Shown here: piece by piece, positions 21,525 to 30,773 of the stretch
Layout of the letters: each line of letters opens with the position of its first letter
Position numbering within the stretch: position 1 is the stretch's first letter
Source of the DNA: a bacterium
GTDB taxonomy: Bacteria > Patescibacteriota > Patescibacteriia > UBA9570
NCBI GenBank assembly: GCA_030698395.1
Contig: JAUYKW010000025.1
Location: 4,179 to 68,178, forward strand
Direction of reading: 5' to 3'
Length of the DNA stretch: 64,000 nucleotides
The notes under the pieces: model-generated
What the model was told of the DNA's origin: nothing
Databases searched by the model: none
The model's input: only the letters and a program-made list of their open reading frames with translations
Program-made: the position numbers and the translations under genes

Positions 21525-22964
21525 CTATAATCGATACAAGATTAATTCGGACCAGGGGCCAGAATCTGTACGATAAACTTGTTTTGATTCTTCTATCATT
21601 TCTAAAAGTGAATTACTTAATCTATATTTTGCTAATGTATCAATTAGTACATAGACATTTTTTTCACCAATATTCATCTTTTCAAACGTCTCTGCATCAA
21701 TATACTCTACTCCGGTATAGATCTCCCTCTCTGGCATAATATCGTCTCTACCAGTTGGATCAACATACAATGAATAATCATCTAAATTCGTTGAATATAG
21801 CCGTGTAATGGCTGGATAAGGCGTAATTAGAGCATCTACTTGTTGATTGCTTAAGAATTCATATGCAGATTTAAAATCCGGCTGTGGTGTAAAACTTTTA
21901 TAACTTAAATAGCTATCATTGGAATCAGATTCCAATGCATAATTTGATTGTGGTAAGAATACAAAACCAGAATAGGCAACTGTAAATATCACTACCACCG
22001 CCCATCCTAAATATGATCTACTCAATAACCAATCTACAGCTACTGCAGTCAACATAACTACCGCAGGAAATAGAAAGAATAGGTATCGATAATGTAAAAG
22101 TGGTACAGCATAACTAAGCACACCAAATCCAACAAGGAAAATTGCACTCAACCATAAGGCCTGTTCTACCTTACCTCGTTTAATTAATAACCAAATCCCA
22201 AATACAGCTAAAATTATTAATGCCAATTGTTCATTCATAATATAGTTGGAATAATGATTCCAATAATTTACTAATGGACCATTGTAAAAAAATATTCTCA
22301 CCAAAATAACAGAACTTATTATCATACCAAGTATGGTACTAACAAAAATTGTCACCAAGTATCCAGGTTTTAAAGAACTATTAAACAATTTTTTAATAAC
22401 AACTAAAAGGATAAAAGCAAAGATAACTAAATAACCAAATTGATGAGTCATTATTGTTAATATTGTAATTATCATCATCCAAATCAATAATTTTTTCTTC
22501 CCCTGTAACCAACAATCATATAAAAATAAAGCTAGCCAAAACAGCAATTGCAATAGCATGTACATTCTTACCTGCCGTGACCAAGCTATCTCCCAATAAG
22601 AAAAACTCATAACAACGAATGTAATTATGGCAACGCGATTTGAAAACCAATATTTGGCAATAATAGATATTACAATAATAGTAGCTATACCTAACAATAC
22701 TGACAGTAATCTACCGGCCAATATTGCATCACCTCTAAAATAAGTAGCGCCAGCAAGCAAAAAATGATACATCGGGGAACGCCAAACAACCTCTCCTGAA
22801 CCTGCTAACGGATATCCTTGTTCAACAATATCCTGAGCTATCGCTAAAGAATAAGCCTCATCCATCCAAACTGACTGATCCGAAATATAATATAACCTTA
22901 AGAAAATTGCCCAAAATAGCACTAGCGCTAGCCCAATAATTATTAATTTCTTTTTCATCACCAT
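21525..22964 (-). CDS. GT-C fold glycosyltransferase (family 39/83, PMT/ArnT-like)
   Basis: Multi-TM protein with an N-terminal loop 'WMDEAYS' DE motif. Start placed at MVMKKKL; the ORF extends to 23030. Confidence 0.7.
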   Translation of the reverse strand: MVMKKKLIIIGLALVLFWAIFLRLYYISDQSVWMDEAYSLAIAQDIVEQGYPLAGSGEVVWRSPMYHFLLAGATYFRGDAILAGRLLSVLLGIATIIVISIIAKYWFSNRVAIITFVVMSFSYWEIAWSRQVRMYMLLQLLFWLALFLYDCWLQGKKKLLIWMMIITILTIMTHQFGYLVIFAFILLVVIKKLFNSSLKPGYLVTIFVSTILGMIISSVILVRIFFYNGPLVNYWNHYSNYIMNEQLALIILAVFGIWLLIKRGKVEQALWLSAIFLVGFGVLSYAVPLLHYRYLFFLFPAVVMLTAVAVDWLLSRSYLGWAVVVIFTVAYSGFVFLPQSNYALESDSNDSYLSYKSFTPQPDFKSAYEFLSNQQVDALITPYPAITRLYSTNLDDYSLYVDPTGRDDIMPEREIYTGVEYIDAETFEKMNIGEKNVYVLIDTLAKYRLSNSLLEMIEESKQVYRTDSGPWSELILYRL

Positions 22965-23110
22965 AATCATAGCATCTCTTGCGAAAATTAGAATTTTTGA
23001 TATACTATCGAAGCATATTTGAGATAACACCTATCCAATATGTGTCCGAACGATTTGATTTTCAAATCGAACAGACCTGTTCAATTTTGACTTTTGTAAA
23101 AATTGTCCAG

Positions 23111-23187
23111 GGGTGTGTAGCTCAGGTGGTTAGAGCGCAGTCCTGATAAGACTGAGGTCCCTGGTTCGAGTCCAGGCATACCCACCA
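23111..23187 (+). tRNA. tRNA-Ile (anticodon GAU), CCA encoded
   Basis: Cloverleaf with anticodon loop CTGATAA. Confidence 0.9.
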
Positions 23188-23190
23188 GAA

Positions 23191-23265
23191 GCCGAGGTAG
23201 CTCAGTGGTAGAGCAGTGGACTGAAAATCCTCGTGTCGGGAGTTCAATTCTCCCCCTCGGCACCA
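23191..23265 (+). tRNA. tRNA-Phe (anticodon GAA), CCA encoded
   Basis: Cloverleaf with anticodon loop CTGAAAA; one U·U mismatch in the anticodon stem. Confidence 0.85.
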
Positions 23266-23274
23266 GCAAAAATA

Positions 23275-23426
23275 AAAACAAAAGAGAAATACAATTAAAG
23301 CCACTATCGGGGATTGGCGCAGTTTCCGCCAAAGGCGGATCAGCCTATGGCTGAGGCTAGAACCAATGTCTGAATAAAAACAAAAGAGAAATACAATTCA
23401 AGCCACTATCGGGGATTGGCGCAGTT
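23275..23426 (+). repeat. ~50-bp direct repeat (35 nt upstream flank + first 17 nt of tRNA-Pro) flanking a 51-bp insert that begins with the twin-hairpin element in inverted orientation
   Basis: The copies at 23275-23324 and 23376-23426 differ by 1 nt. The insert tccgccaaaggcggatcagcctatggctgagg sits exactly after 'gcgcagtt' of the truncated tRNA-Pro copy. Confidence 0.85.
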
Positions 23427-23483
23427 GGCTAGCGCGCGCCGTTTGGGACGGTGAGGCCCCGGGTTCGAGTCCCGGATCCCCGA
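23410..23483 (+). tRNA. tRNA-Pro (anticodon UGG)
   Basis: Acceptor CGGGGAT/ATCCCCG, anticodon loop TTTGGGA, T-loop TTCGAGT. Confidence 0.85.
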
Positions 23484-25117
23484 CCCTTTAGGAAAGCAGC
23501 TGATTTCTTATGGTCAAGCAAAATATTAAACGGTTCTTTGGCCTGAAAATCCAATACTTTTTTGTTTTTAATAGTAAAGTTCAAGAACATATTTTGGAGT
23601 ATTGTATCTAATAGCTTCATATCTCTAGTTTGAGCAATAATATCAGGCATTTTTTGAAAAAGTTCGAGAAACTCCTTTTGAGAAAAAATAAAACTTTTGG
23701 AATCATTCAAAATATTATTAATTGCATCTAGTCTAATTTCTAGCTCCTCAATTTTTTGAAGAGTAAGTTTATAATCAAGTTTAAAAGCTAGCTTTACTTT
23801 TTCATCTGTTTCATTTAAAAGTAATTGTTTTACTTGGTCTAAACTTTTTCTTTTGATATTCAATTTTTGAACTACGCTAGATTTTTCACTTGTTAACTCC
23901 TGTGCCTTAGCCTTGATTACAGTATTCATCTGATTCAAGTAAATTTTATAATTATGCTTAGTTGCCAGTTTATTTTTCCTAATAAGCTGAATAACAAAAT
24001 CAACAATCACTTTTGCTCTTATAGACTTATTATGAAAATTACATTTCTTGTTTTCACACCTGTAATAATAATATCCTTTCTTAGAGCCATTCTTTAAGTA
24101 TTTATAGGTAATACCTGAAGAAAATGGAAAATTACACACACCACACACAACTCTGCCGCGCAATAAATCTGCGCTTGTATATTTTTTTGACCTAAGTTGT
24201 GATGTAACTTTAAAACCTTTAGTTAGATCACTAATTTTATTGATCCTTAAAAAATCGATAACTGAAACGGCAGGGATAAAATCACATTTATCAGTTAGAT
24301 CAACAATACTATCTGCACCATATATTAAAACTCCCGTATAAAAGGGATCTCTCAATATTTCTGATAAACGTGATTTATTCATTTCATATAACTTACCAAG
24401 ATGTTGGTAACTGTTACTATTAATATAAAGAATGATGTCATTTAATGTTTTGCCATTCAATTTCATTTGAAAGGCTTGTTTGATTAGTACGAAATTATTT
24501 CCATTTGGATGATGAAATTGGGCAGCATCTTTATAATATCCATGCTTAGCCGTATTAATATATTTACCTTCGGCAATACTTCTTTTATTACCACGTTTTA
24601 CATTGTCACTTAATTGATCTGAATATTGTTTGGACAATACAAACGCCATTCCTAATAACATCTTCCCAGAGGCCGTATTTTCGAAGCTAAAGCTCTTAAA
24701 CTTCAAATCACGAATAACTCCCTTATCAAGTAAATCAATCAGCTCACCAGCCTCTTTCATATTGCGTGCTAATCTATCGGGATGCCAGGCAATAATTGCA
24801 TCGTATCTGCCCGCTTTGATGCGATCTACCATCTCTCTGAACTGAGGCCGTATATCCGGATCCTTGGCTGATTCAGACTCTCTATAAACCTTTACAACAT
24901 TTAAGCCCAGCTGCTGAGATAATTCTTCACATTCTGCGACTTGATCTGCCAACGACCGAGCCTGACGCTCTTCTCCTTCAGTAGATTTACGAACATATAA
25001 AATATATTTCAACAAGTCTGCCTCCTGCTGTGGTTCAATTAACATTCTATACAATAAATCGGTAAATTCTTGTGGGGTGCTTATTGAAGCACTTAAGTTG
25101 GATTGTTTATTGCTCAT
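23429..25117 (-). CDS. large serine recombinase (resolvase domain + recombinase domain + zinc ribbon); 3' end overlaps tRNA-Pro
   Basis: YILYVRKSTEGEERQARSLADQ catalytic-Ser motif, DRLARN, C-terminal CGVCNFPF...YYYRCENKKC; 562 aa. Confidence 0.85.
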   Translation of the reverse strand: MSNKQSNLSASISTPQEFTDLLYRMLIEPQQEADLLKYILYVRKSTEGEERQARSLADQVAECEELSQQLGLNVVKVYRESESAKDPDIRPQFREMVDRIKAGRYDAIIAWHPDRLARNMKEAGELIDLLDKGVIRDLKFKSFSFENTASGKMLLGMAFVLSKQYSDQLSDNVKRGNKRSIAEGKYINTAKHGYYKDAAQFHHPNGNNFVLIKQAFQMKLNGKTLNDIILYINSNSYQHLGKLYEMNKSRLSEILRDPFYTGVLIYGADSIVDLTDKCDFIPAVSVIDFLRINKISDLTKGFKVTSQLRSKKYTSADLLRGRVVCGVCNFPFSSGITYKYLKNGSKKGYYYYRCENKKCNFHNKSIRAKVIVDFVIQLIRKNKLATKHNYKIYLNQMNTVIKAKAQELTSEKSSVVQKLNIKRKSLDQVKQLLLNETDEKVKLAFKLDYKLTLQKIEELEIRLDAINNILNDSKSFIFSQKEFLELFQKMPDIIAQTRDMKLLDTILQNMFLNFTIKNKKVLDFQAKEPFNILLDHKKSAAFLKGRGSGTRTRGLTVPNGAR

Positions 25118-25457
25118 AATGCTTATTTATATCAAATTTTACTTTATATTAAAAATAAAGCTAACTAATTTTTTAAGCATACTCGTATATCATCTATTGT
25201 ATATATACAAAGCATCCTAGATAATTTTCAACTAAAACACACAGTATGAACACTAAATAATACACGAATCACATAAAATGCACTATATAATGCCAACACA
25301 GTATCAATTATCCTTATTGACCCATTGATAGCACTTAGCTACTGCCTAATACCACAATACCTACATAATCAGATGATCATCATTTAGTTCTCTATAACCC
25401 TAGTAACTCAACAAGGAAAAAGTAGCCACACAACACACACCATAGCGCCGATTTTTT

Positions 25458-26288
25458 CTAAAATCCCAGTTGAATTTCCTCGGTTTTTGAACCGAAAAGT
25501 TCTAAATCTGTTGCCTCAAAAGCTAAATTTTTTGCATCCTTAGGGACTTCATATATCGTAACAAAAGTATATGTTATGCCACTGTTAAGATTTGAAAATA
25601 TGAGTTCCTTACCCTCAGGAATCCATTCATATACATCACTAGGTGAAGTATATTGACGACCAGCATCATCTAATAGGTTTGGATCAGATATTGATTTGGT
25701 TGAGCTAGAGTTATGAGTTACCTCATATTCAACCTTAACATATTTACCCGTAGTAGTTTTACTACTTGCAATTGAAGCATACTTTGAATCTCGAGCTAGC
25801 AAGGTCTCACCTAAATCTTGGGCAGATAGTAGTTTCCACGTAACATCTTTTACTACTACTTCTTCACCAATCGCATAAGTCTTTTCTGCAATCGATTCAG
25901 GTTGCACTTCTTTTTCTTCTTTATCATTCGTGTCATCAACTATTTCCTCAGTTTGTTTAGTTTCAATTTTTGCTTTATTTTCAGTACGGTTTGAATCTTG
26001 TTCATCAGGTACATTACTAGTAAATACAGTTACTATAAATCCGAGAAAAAATAAACACACAAACACAACCACACGAAGGGCGCGACTTAAATGTATATTC
26101 ATTTTTTTACTCAAAAAATTGTACGTTGGTGGCAAAATAAACACCGACGCAATAAACGTAATCAAGGCACCTGTAGGTGCGCTCATTAACAAAAATATAA
26201 GTGAAAGAAATAAAGTAAATATCGCAACAACCCATGCCAGGATTGTTTTAACAGTGATAGTTCGTTTAGGTGTGGATGTATCTGTCAT
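25458..26288 (-). CDS. membrane protein with a DUF4352-like extracellular domain
   Basis: 3 N-terminal TM helices, an acidic linker, and a beta-rich C-terminal domain (EEVVVKDVTWKLLSAQDLG...). Confidence 0.5.
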   Translation of the reverse strand: MTDTSTPKRTITVKTILAWVVAIFTLFLSLIFLLMSAPTGALITFIASVFILPPTYNFLSKKMNIHLSRALRVVVFVCLFFLGFIVTVFTSNVPDEQDSNRTENKAKIETKQTEEIVDDTNDKEEKEVQPESIAEKTYAIGEEVVVKDVTWKLLSAQDLGETLLARDSKYASIASSKTTTGKYVKVEYEVTHNSSSTKSISDPNLLDDAGRQYTSPSDVYEWIPEGKELIFSNLNSGITYTFVTIYEVPKDAKNLAFEATDLELFGSKTEEIQLGF

Positions 26289-26317
26289 ATATGTTATAAA
26301 TACTTAATAAAAAAAGG

Positions 26318-26447
26318 GACAACCCTACTGGTTGTCTAGACCCAACCGGACAGATTATGCCCTGATTGTTTTAAGTAGGATTGCCCGTTTAAAAGCACAA
26401 TCCTACCCAAGTATGTTGGGCATTATAGTTCCGGTTGTAGTCTAGAC
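26318..26447. repeat. ~130-bp composite inverted-repeat structure (30-nt arms GTCTAGAC..AACCGGA..ATTATGCCC around a gtaggattg..caatcctac hairpin)
   Basis: Left arm 26331-26362, right arm 26418-26447 (26/30 complementary), central 9-bp stem hairpin 26375-26406. Confidence 0.7.
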
Positions 26448-26600
26448 TTCCTAATTATCCACTATTAAACGAAAATCGTCAAAATTGCTGTGTGATATTC
26501 TAAAATAGGCACGTACATCTGTTACTTTGCGTATAAAAACAAGCAGACCTACCCCTACATGAATTAGAGCTAGTTGAAGCTGATAAGGCCTAATAGTAAT

Positions 26601-26735
26601 TACTTATCCAATGTAACTATTTCTCCGTCGGAGGTTCGAACCTGACCATCATCAAGTTCAGTATCCTCAATGTTTTCGGATTCTTTTAAAGCATTAGCTA
26701 AGTCGGCAATGTTTTCTTCACCTTCATATATCATA
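26601..26735 (-). CDS. possible small acidic protein (44 aa)
   Basis: ATG-initiated ORF in otherwise non-coding AT-rich DNA. Below the ORF-track threshold; codon-level evidence only. Confidence 0.2.
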
Positions 26736-26895
26736 GATTGCTATTATATTTTGATTAAAAAACAATTTCAAGCTCTTTAGTATCGGAATTATTGCCCAAT
26801 AAGATATAAATATCCTTTATCCATTGGTCTAAATATACTTTTTCTGCTATAAATAGATCACTTAGTTCAAGTAAAGTTGGTTCTCCCCGACAAAT

Positions 26896-27783
26896 ATGAA
26901 ATCAAGATTTACAGCCTGCAAATGTATAGGCAATACACCCCTAATTAAAATTAGCGATAAATTATACGCTAAATTAGAAACGCCAAACCCTAGTGGAAGT
27001 ATTAAAGATCGAATGGCTCTTTACATTCTTGATCGTGCGGAAGAAAAAGGCGAAATCCAACCCGGAGCCACAATTGTAGAAGCTACCAGCGGTAATACTG
27101 GCATTGCATTTTCTATGTTAGCAGCTGAACGAAAATATAGAATGATTGTAGTAATGCCTTCCAACATGAGTACAGAACGAAAACAAATGATTAAAGCATT
27201 TGGTGCAGAAATTATAGAAGTTGGTCCTGGTGATTTTGCAGGTGCTGTAGAAAAAAGAGATGTCCTGGTAAAAGAACTTAATGCCTTTTGCCCGAACCAA
27301 TTTGCAAATTTAGATAATATTGAATGTCATTATAAAACAACTGGGCAAGAAATTATAAATCAAATTCCAGATGATCTTGAAATATCTGCTGTAGTTGCTG
27401 GCACTGGAACTGGTGGAACTTTAATGGGACTTAGCCAAGCCTTATTAGAAAAATTCCCAAACTGCAAAACTGTAGCAGTTGAACCTACCGAATCTGCCGT
27501 AATGAGTGGCGGTGAACCTGGCGAACATTTTATTCAAGGAATCGGAGATGGTTTTATTCCAGATTTAGTCGATATGAAAAAAGTTGATGAAGTAGTCACG
27601 GTAAGTAGTGAAGAATCACTTCAGCGCATGAAAGAGCTCACCAAGGAACAAGCTTTATTAGTTGGTATCAGCTCTGGCGCTAATGTAGCTGCAGCAGAGA
27701 AATATATCAAAAACTACAATCCCAATGGTATTGTAGTTACTGTTCTAGCAGACAGACAAGAACGCTATCTCAGTATGCTTTAA
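26896..27783 (+). CDS. cysK: cysteine synthase / O-acetylserine sulfhydrylase (PLP-dependent)
   Basis: NTPLIKI, SGSIKDRMALYIL (PLP-lysine), TSGNTGIAFSMLAA motifs. Confidence 0.85.
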   Translation: MKSRFTACKCIGNTPLIKISDKLYAKLETPNPSGSIKDRMALYILDRAEEKGEIQPGATIVEATSGNTGIAFSMLAAERKYRMIVVMPSNMSTERKQMIKAFGAEIIEVGPGDFAGAVEKRDVLVKELNAFCPNQFANLDNIECHYKTTGQEIINQIPDDLEISAVVAGTGTGGTLMGLSQALLEKFPNCKTVAVEPTESAVMSGGEPGEHFIQGIGDGFIPDLVDMKKVDEVVTVSSEESLQRMKELTKEQALLVGISSGANVAAAEKYIKNYNPNGIVVTVLADRQERYLSML

Positions 27784-27784
27784 G

Positions 27785-29698
27785 CTATGATTTAGCTATT
27801 GGTAGCTCTATCCAAAAAGTACTTCCTTTTCCTTCTTTGGAAACAAAACCAAACTTGCCATCATGTTTTTCAATAATAGCCTTGGCAATATATAAACTAA
27901 TACCCACTCCGTTTGGATGCATCAGTTGTGCATTTGATGCTCGGTAAAATCTAGAAAAAATATATTCTTGATCTATATTAGGTATGCCAATTCCTTCATC
28001 TTTAATTTCTATTCTTATTATCTTATTTTTTTCTAATATTTTTACAACAACCTTACTATGAATTTTTGAATATAGTAAAGCATTATCGATAATTATTTCC
28101 AGTGTACTCCTAATATATTTACTATCTATAGATAAAAGTATTGGTTTTTTTATTAAATTACTAATACTAATTTTTATATCTCGTAATTCTAAATTAGTCT
28201 GCAGTGCAGCAACTACGGAATTAACCAACTCAAGTGGAGAACTTAATGATTTATCTAATGTCAAAGTATTACGATCAATATCTAGAGTAGTATTCATATT
28301 ATCAATTAAGTGCAAAATCGACCTCTCTCTATCTAAAGCATGTTGCACTAATACTTTCTGACCCTTTTCTAACTCTCTAAAGTCACCGCTTAATAACATT
28401 TCTAAACTTAATCCAATCTCAGTTAATGGTGTACGTGTAGTATGTGTAATGGCCGTGATAAAACGCGACTTCAATTCATCTAAGTGTTTTATATTTTCCC
28501 CAGCTTTTTTATTTTCTGTAATATCACTAGAAAGGAATAAAATATATTTTACTTTTCCTTGTTCATCCATAATCGGAGCTAGCGAACTAAAACAATACTC
28601 TCCAGTTGAGGTGCCAGGCAGATGTCTAAGCTCCAATGAAGTAGTTTTTCCCTGAAGTGCATCTTTAAAAGCTACGTCAATTTTTTCATTTGTTTCCTCG
28701 TCAATACAGACTCGGTAATCCCATGCCAATGCTTCTTCGTCAGTTTTATCTGCTAAGTAATGTTCCTCTCTACCGTGCTGATTAATTGATATCATATTAA
28801 CTTCAGGATCAAATATTATAATACATAACGGTGCTAGCTCAATTAAAATTCTATATTTTTCTTCACTTGCTTTTAAATCCTTAGTTTTATCCTGTATCAA
28901 TCTTTCCAAATTATTATAGTAATAATCTAAATCGTGAGACATAATATTAATCGACTCTGTCAAATCTCCTATTTCGTCATTAGAAGCAACACGCAACTTA
29001 GTGTTAAAATTACCCTTAGCAATTGCTTTCACGCTCTTGGTTAATTTTATCAATGGTTGAGTAATTGAATTTATATAAATAAGTCCAATTAGTGTTATTA
29101 AAATCGTTATCAAAACTGATGTTATCAAAATAATAATTTTGATTCTTTCCGATCTCGCTTCTATATCCTCCTGTAAAAGTAAGATTTGTTCGGTAACTAC
29201 ATTAAGTGTTGAACTTATCTCTGATTGATAAATGCTAATTTCATTTATTAAAATATTAATTTCTTCTTGTGAACTACTACCATGAGCTGTCGTGTTGTCA
29301 ATACTTTTAGCATCCGAAGAATTTCTTAAATAAATTAGTCTATCAGAAAACGACTTTGATTGTTTTATATTTACACTAATTATTTTTAATAAATAAAAAC
29401 TAACGACATTATGATTACTTAATAATGCAAAATTCGTATCCATTTGTGATGATAGCCGTGCTATTTCATCTTCAATATTTGCAGCATTACCGGCATCATA
29501 GTTATAAATTAATTCATCAATTAATCGTTTGTAGGAATAACTATCATTTTCTAGTTGCTGAGCAATGAATAAGACATGTTCAGCATTAGCTTTAGATTCA
29601 AAATTCTTTTGCAATTGATCTAATGTAACAATATACAGAATTGACATTATAAAAATTCCGAACAAAAAAACAAACGAAATTTTTACCGACAATCTCAT
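27785..29698 (-). CDS. membrane sensor histidine kinase (extracellular sensor, HAMP, PAS-like, HisKA, HATPase_c)
   Basis: H-box LKSRFITAITHTTRTPLTEI. C-terminal N/G1/G2 boxes (GIGIPN, GVGISLYIAKAIIE). Confidence 0.85.
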   Translation of the reverse strand: MRLSVKISFVFLFGIFIMSILYIVTLDQLQKNFESKANAEHVLFIAQQLENDSYSYKRLIDELIYNYDAGNAANIEDEIARLSSQMDTNFALLSNHNVVSFYLLKIISVNIKQSKSFSDRLIYLRNSSDAKSIDNTTAHGSSSQEEINILINEISIYQSEISSTLNVVTEQILLLQEDIEARSERIKIIILITSVLITILITLIGLIYINSITQPLIKLTKSVKAIAKGNFNTKLRVASNDEIGDLTESINIMSHDLDYYYNNLERLIQDKTKDLKASEEKYRILIELAPLCIIIFDPEVNMISINQHGREEHYLADKTDEEALAWDYRVCIDEETNEKIDVAFKDALQGKTTSLELRHLPGTSTGEYCFSSLAPIMDEQGKVKYILFLSSDITENKKAGENIKHLDELKSRFITAITHTTRTPLTEIGLSLEMLLSGDFRELEKGQKVLVQHALDRERSILHLIDNMNTTLDIDRNTLTLDKSLSSPLELVNSVVAALQTNLELRDIKISISNLIKKPILLSIDSKYIRSTLEIIIDNALLYSKIHSKVVVKILEKNKIIRIEIKDEGIGIPNIDQEYIFSRFYRASNAQLMHPNGVGISLYIAKAIIEKHDGKFGFVSKEGKGSTFWIELPIAKS

Positions 29699-29782
29699 AT
29701 CCTAGTAACTACTATTATCATACTTACTCTATTCACCTCTACTGATTTCATACTTAATTTTAAAATTTCCTTCCTTAATTAA

Positions 29783-30634
29783 TTATAATACTGGCACCAT
29801 GTAATTGTTAATTAATTTCTCAGATAATGTCTCACTAAAAATATAATCTATATACTTTTGAACATGCTCTTTATTTATATTCTTATTATATAGAATCCCG
29901 TACTCTCTAATCATGACGTATGAACCATCCTCAACAGAACTCACTGACGGTACTATACCATCAATAGCTAATGGTACTATAGTAAGGTCATTCATCTTTA
30001 TGTCACCAAATGAAGCTTGACCAATTGAATTTCTAGTTTCAAGAATTGCATCTAACATTAGAGATGCCGTGGCAATTTCAATTGCATCAGTTCTAATAAT
30101 ACTTTCTCCTAAAATGTACTTTCTTAAAAGAATTTTGCTTGATTCGGTCTCACTACGATCCAATAGTATAATTATGCCATCGTCTCCTCCCACTTGATTC
30201 CAATTAGTGATTTCACCCGTAAATATTTTTTTTACTTGATCACTTGTTAAACCTCTTACATTCACGTCCGGATGAACTGCTAATACCATTGCGTCTTTAG
30301 CGAATGATCTTTCCTGAACATTAGGGTATGATAATTTCTCTTCATCGGTCATTTTCCTTGCTGCTGTTCCTAAATCTAATGAACCATCATTTACTCCTTT
30401 AACATCATCAATAGTTCCAGCTCCACCTAAGAACAGTAATGAAATATCTTCAAAAGGTTGGGTACCTCCAATTTTTTCCAATATAGACATACCGGACCCA
30501 GATCCAGATATTATGATATTTTTTTTCTGATCAACATCCTCAGTACTAAGAGTAATTATTAAATATAGTGTCCAACCAACAATCACAATTAATATTAAAA
30601 TAACTAGCGCTAATAAATTTTTATTTGGTCTCAT
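29783..30634 (-). CDS. PstS-like periplasmic phosphate/anion-binding domain protein (membrane anchored)
   Basis: N-terminal TM. IIISGSGSG...LTSDQVKKIFTGEITNWNQVGG pattern resembles the PBP/PstS family. Confidence 0.6.
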   Translation of the reverse strand: MRPNKNLLALVILILIVIVGWTLYLIITLSTEDVDQKKNIIISGSGSGMSILEKIGGTQPFEDISLLFLGGAGTIDDVKGVNDGSLDLGTAARKMTDEEKLSYPNVQERSFAKDAMVLAVHPDVNVRGLTSDQVKKIFTGEITNWNQVGGDDGIIILLDRSETESSKILLRKYILGESIIRTDAIEIATASLMLDAILETRNSIGQASFGDIKMNDLTIVPLAIDGIVPSVSSVEDGSYVMIREYGILYNKNINKEHVQKYIDYIFSETLSEKLINNYMVPVL

Positions 30635-30773
30635 AAATATTTAATGGACATATTATTAACTAAAAAATCCAATACAACATTGCTGATTGGATTTGTTATT
30701 TGCCTATTCCCATGTATAATAGCCATTACTAAAGTTATGAACTTATATATACATATATTATACTATAATTTTT

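Noticed and set aside
23081-23332. Minus-strand ORFs 23081..23332 and 23122..23304
   Set aside because: They are antisense translations of the tRNA-Ile/tRNA-Phe genes and the repeat region, not genes.
26590-26660. 'ggaggttcgaacctgacc' resembling a tRNA T-arm, considered as attR for the recombinase island
   Set aside because: It does not match the tRNA-Pro 3' sequence (gggttcgagtcccgg) beyond the generic GGTTCGA T-loop core, and it lies inside a small ORF. Not accepted as an att repeat.
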